From positions 64,950 to 128,949 of IMG/VR virus record IMGVR_UViG_3300030376_006003: DNA of 64,000 nucleotides; one strand, given 5' to 3'. Of this stretch, positions 1-9,493 are shown piece by piece. Position 1 is the stretch's first letter; every line of letters begins with the position of its first letter. A model generated the notes under the pieces. That model had not been told where the DNA came from. It ran no database searches and saw only the letters and a program-made list of their open reading frames with translations. The position numbers and the translations under genes are program-made. The DNA comes from a virus (lineage: Duplodnaviria > Caudoviricetes).

Positions 1-167
1 CAAGATCCATCATCACAATTTGCTAAACTATTATAATTAGAAGCCAAAGGGTCTGTACAACCTAATACAATATCCTGTAAAGTCCCATCAGCATTCTCTA
101 TTGGAATACAGTTGCAGTCTTCTGCTGCTTTTCTTTTGTCACAATCTATACAATCATCTATACTCAT
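1..167 (-). CDS. Cys-rich GCTDP-repeat protein, runs off the left edge (not in ORF track)
   Basis: ATG at 167 just after the stop of the 1177-aa ORF; reads MSIDDCIDCDKRKAAEDCNCIPIENADGTLQDIVLGCTDPLASNYNSLANCDDGS..., open to the window edge. Confidence 0.8.
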   Translation of the reverse strand, partial: MSIDDCIDCDKRKAAEDCNCIPIENADGTLQDIVLGCTDPLASNYNSLANCDDGS

Positions 168-169
168 TA

Positions 170-3100
170 TTAAAACATTTTTATATTACCACAATCATCA
201 CAGTCTAAACCATCTACTGTTATTGTTATTTTTTGTGAATTACAATTTCCTGTTGTTGTAAAACAGTGACAAAGATTAATTTTATGTTCAGTATCTTCTG
301 CTGCATTAGGTATAGATAATCTTAATACTCCTAATGAATCTGTTTTACCAGCATATAAACCATCAAGTACTATTTCATAATCTGGTATTCTATCACCATC
401 TTTATTTTCAACTATTATAACTATACACTCTGACCCATCACATGTTCTTTTTGTGGTTCCACAATCAGTTGCGTCTACCCAATCAGGTTTTGGTGTAGCT
501 CCGTTTATATGTTTTATTTTAGTAAAAGTCTCTGCACCATAATCTGGTAATAATCTATCTACCCAATCAGATGAATATTTCTTAGAAGCACGTCCATCCA
601 TATTATATAAACATCCTGGATCTAAACCATATCTTTTATTCTTATAAAGATTATAGACATCAGTTGCAAAATTACATTCTGTATCAATTTTAAGTAACTC
701 ACATCTTGACATTGAATCTCTTGGATCTTCCTCAAGAGGGAACATGCAAGTACCATCATCTACTCCTGCTAACGGATTATAATTCCAAGATAAAGGATCA
801 GTACATCCTAATATACAGTTTAGTTGTGATGTAATTTGTGCTTCACTTATTGTTATTGTTATTAATGATTGTATACAGGAACCAGCAGCTGTAAATGTAT
901 AACAGTCGTTTATTACTGCTGTACCTGCAGCCGATAATGTATGACTCACTGTACCGTTGGCATTTGTATTCCCAATAGCTATTCCATCAACTTTTATAGG
1001 ATAATTCATTACAGGACTTCCATTAACATCTACAGCCTTTATTATAAGACATTGAGAACCATCACATATTGTTGTTGTTGATCCTGATCCTAAGAACACA
1101 GTAAGATCATTAACAAATGTCTGTGCTTGGAAAGGTACTTCAGCTATATTTACTCCCCAACCGTGTTGATCTAGACCTCCGTATGTAGGAACAGTACCTG
1201 TCCAATAAGGATTTGTAGTTTCTAAATCAGTAATAGTAACAAGAGAATTTGTAGGAATAGTTCCAACTTGCCAAGTACCATCAAGAGTACCAGTACCACC
1301 AGCTTCATCTTGATTACCGCTATGAATTGTTGCTAGAGCGTGCATAGGAAAAGCAGTATGGCTACTACCAGCACTTCCAGGTTTAGAAGGATAAAGAAAT
1401 GCTTTAAAACTTTTTCCATTTGCGTTAATAAATGCAGTTCTTTGTGCAATATATTCAGAATGATCAGCTTGCCAATGTACAGTAGGTTGTCCTGATTGTA
1501 TATTAGACCAATCTACACCACCCCCACTGTATGTTGAATCATTATCAAAAGAGTTACCCATACCATGGTATGAAAATGTTGCCTCATCTGCAAAACATAT
1601 AACTAAAACATCATCAGTTGTAGAAGCAGCTGGAGCGGAACCAATAAATAGTTGATTCCCATTATTATTTCCAGCATTATCACCATCAGGCATAGGAGCT
1701 CCTGTTCTTCCAAGACCTGTACCATTTGGATCTACTTCAGAAGTATCATAAAATGTATCTATAGTCCATGTATGACCACCTGCCGTCCATGTTGCTGTAT
1801 CATATGACCAGTTACATATTTTATGTGCTCTGGAAGCATGACTAGCAATCCCATAAGGACTAGGTCCATATAAATTTGTAGTTGGATCTCTTCTAGCGAA
1901 ACAACTACTACCAGGGTTACACCATTCTGATTGTACACTAAAAACAGTACCACTATTAGCACCACCTCCAGTCCACTTATGATCTAAAGTAACTTGAGCA
2001 TTATTATTATTAAACTTCCCTGTTATTGCAGATGTTGCCCAATCTAACCATCTTTCATTAGCAATAGCTGTATGAAATACATTTTGAGTGCTAGAACCAT
2101 GAACTGTATCTACAGTAAAGTCAGGAAGATCTAATAACCATACCATAACAGCCTCATAAGCAGCTTTAACTTCATCTACCCCTAAAGATGTTCCATCATA
2201 ATACAGGTATACTTTTGTTTCATTACCAACTAATTGTTCTGACTCACCACATACAGGAATTGCCCAGTTAGGTTCAGGTCCTTTATTTGCACGATCATAG
2301 TCCTCTTTTTGATAAGAGCATTCACCTACTACTTTTATTGTTTGACCTTCTGTTAATCCTGTTACAGGAATTGTTGCTGGAGGAGTAGCACATCCTGTTG
2401 ATGTTCCATAAGGTGCACCGTCTACTGTTGTTATTATATTACTTAAACCTGCTCCTGTACTTAAATCTATATCTATAGTTGAAGTTCCGTCAGGTTGACA
2501 GACTTCAGTCCCAAATAAAATATCACATCCTCCTGAATTTTGACTTACTACAATACAACTACCATCATCACATGTAGCATTTGGATCATAGTTACCAGCT
2601 AACGGATCTGTACAGCCGTATGTGCAATAAGTACATGAACCATCATCATAAGTAGCTGTTGGGCTATAATTTGTTGCAGCAGGGTCAGTACATCCATAGG
2701 TATAAGTACAAGAACCATCATCTACCGTAGCATTAGGATCATAATTTGTTGCACTTGGATCTGTACATCCATTTACTGGAGGAGTTAAGCAGTCTGTACA
2801 AGGAGATGAACTACCATTAGGATATGTTATATATGCACCTATAGTTATAACATCTGTTCCAGCTTCAGCTGTCGCACTGTCTCCCATATACTCATAACAC
2901 ATATCAGCATTAGTTCCTGATGGATCCATGTTTATTACATCACCTTGATTAGGGCTACCTACACTCTGATAGAAAGCTACACTACTTGGACTGTCATCTG
3001 GTACACCAGGTCCAACTATATTTAGTACTGTAGAATTTGTACATTTTTTCCACTTATGAAAAAGTGTGTTAGCATTTGCAGCTTGACAACCTGCACAAGT

Positions 3101-3703
3101 ACCATAAACTGCTGGGACAGCATCCCAAGGAACAGTGTTTGAATAAAAATACCATTGACCATAATCTAAAGCAGGGTCACCTATTGGATATTCACCCATA
3201 TATTCCCAACACTGAACATTATATGAAGTTACAGTTCCAATAACAGTTGGAGATCCTAGACCTACATATACTGCATTATTAGAAGCTGTTGTTAAAGTGC
3301 TATCTATATCTCCATCTATAACATGACGTACATTGTTACCTGGATCAAAACAACCTCTAAAAGCATGATAATTTACTGTTGCTGGTATTTGTGAAACACA
3401 TCCAGCACATGTAGTACCTGTAGGAGTTAATGATCCTGATGGTGAAGTTACACCCCATTCATATAATCCTGTATTTGATGGATCAGAACTATAGTCTATA
3501 AATTCCCAACATATACCGTTGTGTACTGTAAACTCTCCAGCACTAGGTTGCCCTAAATGACTCCAAAAATTCCAACTACCCTGTCTTTGATCAGAAATAG
3601 TATCACTTTGAGATGCTTCAGTTACTGATTTTTCAAACGGAGTTTGATCACAAGCTGTGTATTGTTTAAAGTGGTAAAAATGTTGATCGTTTAAATTTGG
3701 CAT
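170..3703 (-). CDS. Large Cys-rich modular putative virion/adhesin protein
   Basis: 4 GCTDPxAxNYxPxAxxDDGxC repeats, 3 N-terminal repeats with C(W/Y)E(F/Y)...CxxC, 2 CDGS(Q/E)C...DG...G.T...G Ig/PEGA-like repeats; lies in the structural operon. Confidence 0.65.
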   Translation of the reverse strand: MPNLNDQHFYHFKQYTACDQTPFEKSVTEASQSDTISDQRQGSWNFWSHLGQPSAGEFTVHNGICWEFIDYSSDPSNTGLYEWGVTSPSGSLTPTGTTCAGCVSQIPATVNYHAFRGCFDPGNNVRHVIDGDIDSTLTTASNNAVYVGLGSPTVIGTVTSYNVQCWEYMGEYPIGDPALDYGQWYFYSNTVPWDAVPAVYGTCAGCQAANANTLFHKWKKCTNSTVLNIVGPGVPDDSPSSVAFYQSVGSPNQGDVINMDPSGTNADMCYEYMGDSATAEAGTDVITIGAYITYPNGSSSPCTDCLTPPVNGCTDPSATNYDPNATVDDGSCTYTYGCTDPAATNYSPTATYDDGSCTYCTYGCTDPLAGNYDPNATCDDGSCIVVSQNSGGCDILFGTEVCQPDGTSTIDIDLSTGAGLSNIITTVDGAPYGTSTGCATPPATIPVTGLTEGQTIKVVGECSYQKEDYDRANKGPEPNWAIPVCGESEQLVGNETKVYLYYDGTSLGVDEVKAAYEAVMVWLLDLPDFTVDTVHGSSTQNVFHTAIANERWLDWATSAITGKFNNNNAQVTLDHKWTGGGANSGTVFSVQSEWCNPGSSCFARRDPTTNLYGPSPYGIASHASRAHKICNWSYDTATWTAGGHTWTIDTFYDTSEVDPNGTGLGRTGAPMPDGDNAGNNNGNQLFIGSAPAASTTDDVLVICFADEATFSYHGMGNSFDNDSTYSGGGVDWSNIQSGQPTVHWQADHSEYIAQRTAFINANGKSFKAFLYPSKPGSAGSSHTAFPMHALATIHSGNQDEAGGTGTLDGTWQVGTIPTNSLVTITDLETTNPYWTGTVPTYGGLDQHGWGVNIAEVPFQAQTFVNDLTVFLGSGSTTTICDGSQCLIIKAVDVNGSPVMNYPIKVDGIAIGNTNANGTVSHTLSAAGTAVINDCYTFTAAGSCIQSLITITISEAQITSQLNCILGCTDPLSWNYNPLAGVDDGTCMFPLEEDPRDSMSRCELLKIDTECNFATDVYNLYKNKRYGLDPGCLYNMDGRASKKYSSDWVDRLLPDYGAETFTKIKHINGATPKPDWVDATDCGTTKRTCDGSECIVIIVENKDGDRIPDYEIVLDGLYAGKTDSLGVLRLSIPNAAEDTEHKINLCHCFTTTGNCNSQKITITVDGLDCDDCGNIKMF

Positions 3704-3706
3704 TAT

Positions 3707-3868
3707 CTATACGTTTTGTTCTCTTGCTTTTCTATCTCTAATTATTGTATTGGCTTTATTAACACAGCTTTTATGTACTGTATTTCCATCATCATCTTTA
3801 GTTTTTTGACATCCACAAGAAAATCTCCCTTTGCAGTATGCGCAGTTTACTCCGTTTATTACTCCCAT
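3707..3868 (-). CDS. Small Cys/His-rich (Zn-finger-like) protein, 53 aa (not in ORF track)
   Basis: MGVINGVNCAYCKGRFSCGCQKTKDDDGNTVHKSCVNKANTIIRDRKAREQNV; fills the gap between flanking genes; AACCAAAA leader. Confidence 0.7.
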   Translation of the reverse strand: MGVINGVNCAYCKGRFSCGCQKTKDDDGNTVHKSCVNKANTIIRDRKAREQNV

Positions 3869-3891
3869 TTTTTTGGTTTTTAATTATTGGT

Positions 3892-4476
3892 TTATCTATT
3901 TATCTTAGTTAATCCGTCACATTGTTGACAAACTATTCTTTCTAATTTTTTCTTTGCATAGTTGAATAACTCCATACCTGCATCTGGTTGAGAGCAGTAT
4001 TCAACTTTTGATTTAGCTCCATCTATTAACATTTTAATAGTATTCATTTCCATCAATAACTTCTTTCTAACAGAATCAGGCTCACATGCAGCCATATCTA
4101 AAGCACATAACTTCTCATAATACATTTTCATTAAACCTGTGGTTCTTAAGAAGTTATATTCTACATATGTTTTATCATGAGGAGATAATTGGTATCTTAT
4201 AGTATATACTCCATCTGGTATATCTACTCTAATGCTATTACAGCTCATTAACTGAATGTTTAATGCGCAAGCTGTTATGTTTAAATCAAAGCCAGGTTTA
4301 ACTTCAATTATAGATGTTTTTTTTGTGTTAGTTCCAGCTGGAGCTGGTGGAGTTATTAATAGTTCAGCACAATCTGTACCTAAACCATCTGCGTATTTGC
4401 TTGTATCTTTTATGGATAAGTATTTTGTATTAGAAACATTAAGAACTTCTAAACTTAGTATGTGTTTGGCAGCCAT
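3892..4476 (-). CDS. Putative tail/ring structural protein
   Basis: Position downstream of the capsid genes in crAss-like gene order; beta-rich N-terminus with helical C-terminus. Confidence 0.5.
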   Translation of the reverse strand: MAAKHILSLEVLNVSNTKYLSIKDTSKYADGLGTDCAELLITPPAPAGTNTKKTSIIEVKPGFDLNITACALNIQLMSCNSIRVDIPDGVYTIRYQLSPHDKTYVEYNFLRTTGLMKMYYEKLCALDMAACEPDSVRKKLLMEMNTIKMLIDGAKSKVEYCSQPDAGMELFNYAKKKLERIVCQQCDGLTKINR

Positions 4477-4514
4477 TTATGTAAGATTATATTTAAAATA
4501 TTTAGTATCTATTA

Positions 4515-4522
4515 ATAATATA
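4515..4522 (-). promoter_or_regulatory. Candidate late promoter element TATATTAT
   Basis: Same octamer found in three intergenic gaps upstream of structural genes (4515, 5843, 10872). Confidence 0.4.
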
Positions 4523-4546
4523 CAAAAAATCATAGAGATATAAAAC

Positions 4547-4579
4547 AAAAAAGGGTGAGAACTTAATCCCACCCTTCTT
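4547..4579 (-). terminator. Rho-independent terminator
   Basis: Minus strand AAGGGTGGGA-ttaagt-TCTCACCCTT followed by a T run, directly after the 377-aa gene. Confidence 0.8.
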
Positions 4580-4600
4580 AATAATTATTACTATCTATTA

Positions 4601-5734
4601 CTAGAAAGTTTCTACACTAAGACCTGTTGCAGTTGATATAGCAGTAAGTATAGCAAGTGCAGCAGTATTATCAGCAGCTACATCTGACTTAGCAGCTAAA
4701 CATATAACATATTGATCATTGTCAAATACTCCAGTTGGATTATTATAACGTGGAACACTATGTTGTATATAATACATAGAATATAAAGCAGATCTATCTA
4801 CAGCAGCTAATAACTTGTCAGTTTTCTGAATCTCTCTGAATCTTGAAGAATCTCTATTTCCTTGATTCCATCCACCGTCTTGTCTGTATCTACCGTCCAT
4901 AATAAGATCTCTAAGTACTGTCTCACCACTAGTATGACTTTGTACGTCAACAATTGTTATACCTTCAACAGGCATAGTATCAGTAGTATCAGCACCTAAC
5001 AGTACACAACCAGTAGCACAAGCATCACCTTCAGAATCAACTTCAGTAATAGTCATTGTTAATGGTTGAGTGTTGTACCAGTCTCTTGTATCTAGTGAAC
5101 AGTCACCAAACTCAGTCTCATTATCAGCTAACATCGTAATAGTAAGTTGTGCAGCACCAGCTTGAGAAGCTACAATAAATTGACTTAAGATAGGGTGCTC
5201 ATTAATTGCTAGCATCCAAGCATCAGCAACTTCATCATTAGTAAGAGCTGTATTATCTGTACAACATTTGTTAGCATCAACTACATGATAGAAGTTTCTG
5301 TTTAAAGCTCTCATTACTCTTTCACCTTTTAGGTCAATACGTAATTGAGCGTGGTTATTACAAGTAAAACAAGAAGCTTTAATGTTAATTGTAGTAGATG
5401 GTGGAGTTTGTGCAACCGCAACATCTTTCCATAATCTTGTAACATAATTTTTCTTGATTAACTTTGATTTAACTGATGCAGCATAACCACCATGTAATTT
5501 ATTACCACCAATGGTATCCATAGCGCTTGTTACTGAAGCTGCAGTTTTGTTGTAGTTTCCTTGAATAACAAGAAAATTACCATCAGATGGAACTGTTGCT
5601 GTACCTGTATAGCTATCTGCTGAAAAGATACCAATTTCACCTGCTGTCAATGCTGAAGCGTTACCGCTGGTAACTACAGTACCACCGCCACTCACAAGCA
5701 TTGTTTTTTTGTAAGCATGATTAAAATAACTCAT
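4601..5734 (-). CDS. Putative auxiliary capsid/structural protein (crAss-like)
   Basis: 377 aa, Ala/Thr-rich, with its own candidate promoter and terminator (suggests a high-copy protein); third large gene downstream of MCP, as in Crassvirales. Confidence 0.6.
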   Translation of the reverse strand: MSYFNHAYKKTMLVSGGGTVVTSGNASALTAGEIGIFSADSYTGTATVPSDGNFLVIQGNYNKTAASVTSAMDTIGGNKLHGGYAASVKSKLIKKNYVTRLWKDVAVAQTPPSTTINIKASCFTCNNHAQLRIDLKGERVMRALNRNFYHVVDANKCCTDNTALTNDEVADAWMLAINEHPILSQFIVASQAGAAQLTITMLADNETEFGDCSLDTRDWYNTQPLTMTITEVDSEGDACATGCVLLGADTTDTMPVEGITIVDVQSHTSGETVLRDLIMDGRYRQDGGWNQGNRDSSRFREIQKTDKLLAAVDRSALYSMYYIQHSVPRYNNPTGVFDNDQYVICLAAKSDVAADNTAALAILTAISTATGLSVETF

Positions 5735-5842
5735 TTTTTTAGTGCCTAGTTTTGGCTAGGTCTTTTATTTATTAATAACACGAATGGCTTTACATCACCA
5801 GAATAAAGGAAGCCAAACCTGAACCCTTATCCTTGTATATCT

Positions 5843-5850
5843 ATAATATA
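5843..5850 (-). promoter_or_regulatory. Candidate late promoter element TATATTAT
   Basis: Repeat of the octamer upstream of the 377-aa gene. Confidence 0.4.
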
Positions 5851-5857
5851 ATAAATA

Positions 5858-5968
5858 TTATCTTCTTTTAACAGCTTTTCTTCCTTTTTTTTTAACAGAA
5901 CCACCTTTTTTATAGGTAGTTGTGTTTTTTGTCTTTTTTAAGGTTGCTTGTTTTTTCTTTGCGGGCAT
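5858..5968 (-). CDS. 36-aa highly basic peptide with YKKGG motif (not in ORF track)
   Basis: MPAKKKQATLKKTKNTTTYKKGGSVKKKGRKAVKRR; A-rich leader; inside the capsid operon. Confidence 0.65.
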   Translation of the reverse strand: MPAKKKQATLKKTKNTTTYKKGGSVKKKGRKAVKRR

Positions 5969-5985
5969 GATTTATAATTTTTATA

Positions 5986-6693
5986 TTAGTTATTTTTTTC
6001 TGCAGACTGTGTACCTCTCATAGCTTGACTTACAGCTTCAATATCTCCTGCAATAATTGAAACAGCTTCATCTATAATTAATTCTACAACATCATCTTTA
6101 AACTCACATGTTACATCTGATCCAGATGTTTGCTGAGTATAAGGATCAACACAGTTTGCTATTTCTATCATCCTAGGTCTTCTATAATATGTAAGTGTTG
6201 GGCTAACAATATTAAAATCCCTATGATATACTCTAATTGTATTTTGTTGCATTGTACAAAAAGTTTCTCCCCATTCAAAATCAGGTCTCTTTAGAGGATC
6301 TCTCATTATCAAGTCTACATTAGCTTCTTCAGCTAAGTAAACTGTCATTGATCTTTCAGTTGTACAACAATCATTTGTAGCATTTATACTAACTCTCTTA
6401 TATTCAAGATAGTCAACAGGAAAATTATTACCTTCAAAATGATCTGCATTATTTACTCCTGTTAATATCTGTCTTACTAGTAAAGGTTGGAGGTCATCTA
6501 TTCTACGCTTAGATGCCTCATCCCCTTCCTTAAATACATTACTTCCATGCAATTGTCTTCTACACCATTCAATCTGAGCTTTATTAAAGGCTTCTATAAT
6601 CTGCCAACATTCTATATTATCATAGTCATTGCTAGCTAGTTTATTTAACCTTTGCTTAAACTTTATCTGTAATGTAGTATTATTAATTGCCAT
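5986..6693 (-). CDS. Putative tail ring/head-tail adaptor protein
   Basis: N-terminal helix with FNKAQ; C-terminal LTYYRRP...CEF.DD..ELIIDEAV pattern typical of tubular/ring proteins; crAss-like synteny. Confidence 0.6.
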   Translation of the reverse strand: MAINNTTLQIKFKQRLNKLASNDYDNIECWQIIEAFNKAQIEWCRRQLHGSNVFKEGDEASKRRIDDLQPLLVRQILTGVNNADHFEGNNFPVDYLEYKRVSINATNDCCTTERSMTVYLAEEANVDLIMRDPLKRPDFEWGETFCTMQQNTIRVYHRDFNIVSPTLTYYRRPRMIEIANCVDPYTQQTSGSDVTCEFKDDVVELIIDEAVSIIAGDIEAVSQAMRGTQSAEKNN

Positions 6694-6699
6694 TTTTTA

Positions 6700-7713
6700 T
6701 TATGCATTATTCCATAATTCTTCCATCTCCTCTATATAACGTTGTAGTAACTCATCATTTTTAGGATCTTTTAAATGCTCTAAAACTTCTATAGGTCTAA
6801 CGCCTAACTTAGCTCCAGAAAATTTATCATATATATAACCATCTGATTTAGTGGTCATTATGTTATATGTCATAGCATCTTTTATCATTGCTCTTATTTT
6901 AAGATCTTCCATTGATTCATTAGCTGCTTCTATAAACGCCTTAGCAGATTTCTTTATGTTTGTATCTAATCCTTTTCCATTTATATAAATATCCATGTTT
7001 TCATATAATACATCTACAGGTGTTGCTTTTGTATATTGAGTACTATTAGCGTCTACAATTTTACATACATAAAGTAGCTTTGTTGTATCTCCATCATACA
7101 GATTTTGTAATTGAGATAAAGCTTTATTTTTAATTTTAGATACATTAGTTCTTGTACTTGCTGTTTCTCTCACTTTATCTAAATAAAATTTAGCTTTAGT
7201 TGCTTTACAAGTCTCTAGACTGCTTGCCACCATTGAAAAACCTCCAGCTTCAATAGCATAGAGCTTTATAAGATCATAAGGATCTACGGCAGGATCTAAA
7301 TATATAGGTTCATTACCTACTTTTAAATTTATTTTTTCCCAGAAATTATGATTATCTGGTCTCAAAACCTGAACTTTATTCCAGAAATCTTTATCTTCTG
7401 GATCAATAACATTAGCTGCTAATTCTTTTTCAAGTTGAACTACTGCTGTTCTAATTTCTTTTACTTTTGCTTTTCTTGCTTTTGGATCTAGTTGCTTTAC
7501 CTCTGGAGCAAACTCATTTAATCCAGTAATATATCTAACTATTCCATTTCTTTCCATACATGCTATAGTTTCAGAATGATATACATTATCAAACAATGTC
7601 ATGTTATATTTTTCTAGTCCCATATTCTCCTTACTATTATCAAAATAAGGTTTTATAGATATAGTTCTATTTTTAGTTTGTTGATACTTTTCAATAATTG
7701 TTATATTGTCCAT
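6700..7713 (-). CDS. Conserved crAss-like capsid-module protein (gene after MCP)
   Basis: 337 aa; syntenic position immediately downstream of MCP. Confidence 0.55.
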   Translation of the reverse strand: MDNITIIEKYQQTKNRTISIKPYFDNSKENMGLEKYNMTLFDNVYHSETIACMERNGIVRYITGLNEFAPEVKQLDPKARKAKVKEIRTAVVQLEKELAANVIDPEDKDFWNKVQVLRPDNHNFWEKINLKVGNEPIYLDPAVDPYDLIKLYAIEAGGFSMVASSLETCKATKAKFYLDKVRETASTRTNVSKIKNKALSQLQNLYDGDTTKLLYVCKIVDANSTQYTKATPVDVLYENMDIYINGKGLDTNIKKSAKAFIEAANESMEDLKIRAMIKDAMTYNIMTTKSDGYIYDKFSGAKLGVRPIEVLEHLKDPKNDELLQRYIEEMEELWNNA

Positions 7714-7756
7714 TTTCAGTTTTTTTTTGGTTAATTTTTGTTTTTATTGGTTTAAG

Positions 7757-7790
7757 AAAATGGGAGGAGCTATTAACTCCTCCCTTCTTC
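7757..7790 (-). terminator. Terminator after the major capsid gene
   Basis: GGGAGGAG/CTCCTCCC stem followed by ATTTTCTT on the minus strand. Confidence 0.75.
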
Positions 7791-7805
7791 CATGTTAATT
7801 AAATA

Positions 7806-9440
7806 TTAGAATGATCCTAAAGTAATAGGATTCTTCATTACAATCTTAAGAACTTTAGTTGGATCTTCAACCCAAATAGCAGGCATTGTTTGAGTCATCA
7901 TAACTCTATACCCGTTAAAGTGTCCTGAAGAAGCAAACCCTTGAGTTCTTCCCATATAATCCATAGTACCATTTTGGTAGAACCATTTTAATTGGTTATC
8001 CCAAGATAGTTTTAATAAATGGATGTTATCACTTCCTGAATCAGTTACATCAAAAATGATGAAGCTGAAAGAAGATAATGGATGACCATCTATTAATGGG
8101 TTCTCAATGTCATTAGTATGTAAGTTATCAAACGCTGGGTTTAATACAAACTTAACATTAGCTAAGAAAGGAATGATGAAACTAGTGTACGCAAATCCGT
8201 ATCCTAAGTCCATTCCTTTTCCAGTAATTGCACCAATGTCAGAAAGACTAGTCTGTACACCTGCACCAGTAGCACCTCCTGCTTCATTAGCAATTGCTTT
8301 GTTGATCATTTGCATACCACCAATACCAGTTTGTACAACTAGTTGACGTTTTGGATCTGGACCATCAAACTCAACTTTACCAGCATAGAAGTTGTATAGT
8401 TCATTTTTGAACATATCCAAGTTAAATCCTGATTTGTTGTATACTCTTTTGAAAGAGTTGTCTAATTGCTTCCAAAGACCTACAGATAATCTTAAGTCAT
8501 CCGGACCGTCTTGCTTAATTCTACCTCCATTACCCCACATTAAGTAAGTTTCAATGTCATTAGCAATTTTTGATAGGTGAGCTGCTTCCATAGAAGTTAA
8601 GAACGTTCTAGAAAGAGTTCCGTTATCAAATGCTTTTTTAACATATCCTTTACCCATTGCAGCAGCAATATCCTCAATAGAAGATAATGATGGATCAACT
8701 GACTTATCAAAGTTTCTCCAAATTTCAGTTACAGGTACAGAACCATCAGCATTCATACCACCTTTGATCATAAGATCAGCACGTGATGAAATAGAATAGT
8801 GTACGTGTGCCTCAGCTCCTCCAACAAAGTTGTAGAATTCTCTGAAGCCTGCTCCTGTAGTGATGTCAGAGAATCTTTCTCCGTATTCACCTCTTGCAGA
8901 ACCTTTTCTGAAGTATTTAGTTCCAGCTGCTAAATATTTATCTGCTAAACCTTCTGCAGAATTTTTATTTACTAGTTCAACTGTATAAATCCATCCATCA
9001 CCTACTTGTATAATATCATCAGCAGTGATGTAAAGTTCAAGACCATTATACTTGTCATAAGTAATAATGTCTCCGTGTCCAAACTCTCTTTTTGAAAGTT
9101 TAATTTTAAATGCCTGTCCGTCAATACCTCTTGCAGTACCAGCTGTATCTGAAGCGTCAATGTGACCTAAAGATACTGGTAATTCTTGAGCTACTGGCGT
9201 TTGCCATTTATACTCTCCCCTAGCGTTGTCCACCATAATTGTATTCTTTCCACCGAATGAAGCCATTTGGTATAAAGGCATTTCTACCTTCTGAGTCATA
9301 GCCCATAAGTCCACAGGACCCATGTCAGTTGGCTCAGCATTACCTAACATAGCAGTTAAGTGATAAGAATCAATATGAGAACTAGCTTTGTAATTAGTGT
9401 CTCTTAAAAAGAGACCGTTGTTTAAAACTGTTGTTGCCAT
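7806..9440 (-). CDS. Major capsid protein (crAss-like)
   Basis: 544 aa in the order TerL-portal-acidic scaffold-this gene; IETYLMWG...GLWKQL HK97-like spine segment; followed by a terminator. Confidence 0.85.
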   Translation of the reverse strand: MATTVLNNGLFLRDTNYKASSHIDSYHLTAMLGNAEPTDMGPVDLWAMTQKVEMPLYQMASFGGKNTIMVDNARGEYKWQTPVAQELPVSLGHIDASDTAGTARGIDGQAFKIKLSKREFGHGDIITYDKYNGLELYITADDIIQVGDGWIYTVELVNKNSAEGLADKYLAAGTKYFRKGSARGEYGERFSDITTGAGFREFYNFVGGAEAHVHYSISSRADLMIKGGMNADGSVPVTEIWRNFDKSVDPSLSSIEDIAAAMGKGYVKKAFDNGTLSRTFLTSMEAAHLSKIANDIETYLMWGNGGRIKQDGPDDLRLSVGLWKQLDNSFKRVYNKSGFNLDMFKNELYNFYAGKVEFDGPDPKRQLVVQTGIGGMQMINKAIANEAGGATGAGVQTSLSDIGAITGKGMDLGYGFAYTSFIIPFLANVKFVLNPAFDNLHTNDIENPLIDGHPLSSFSFIIFDVTDSGSDNIHLLKLSWDNQLKWFYQNGTMDYMGRTQGFASSGHFNGYRVMMTQTMPAIWVEDPTKVLKIVMKNPITLGSF

Positions 9441-9493
9441 AATTTCTGTTGTTGTTTTTGTTAATTAATAATTATTGTTGTTGTTCTATTTTT

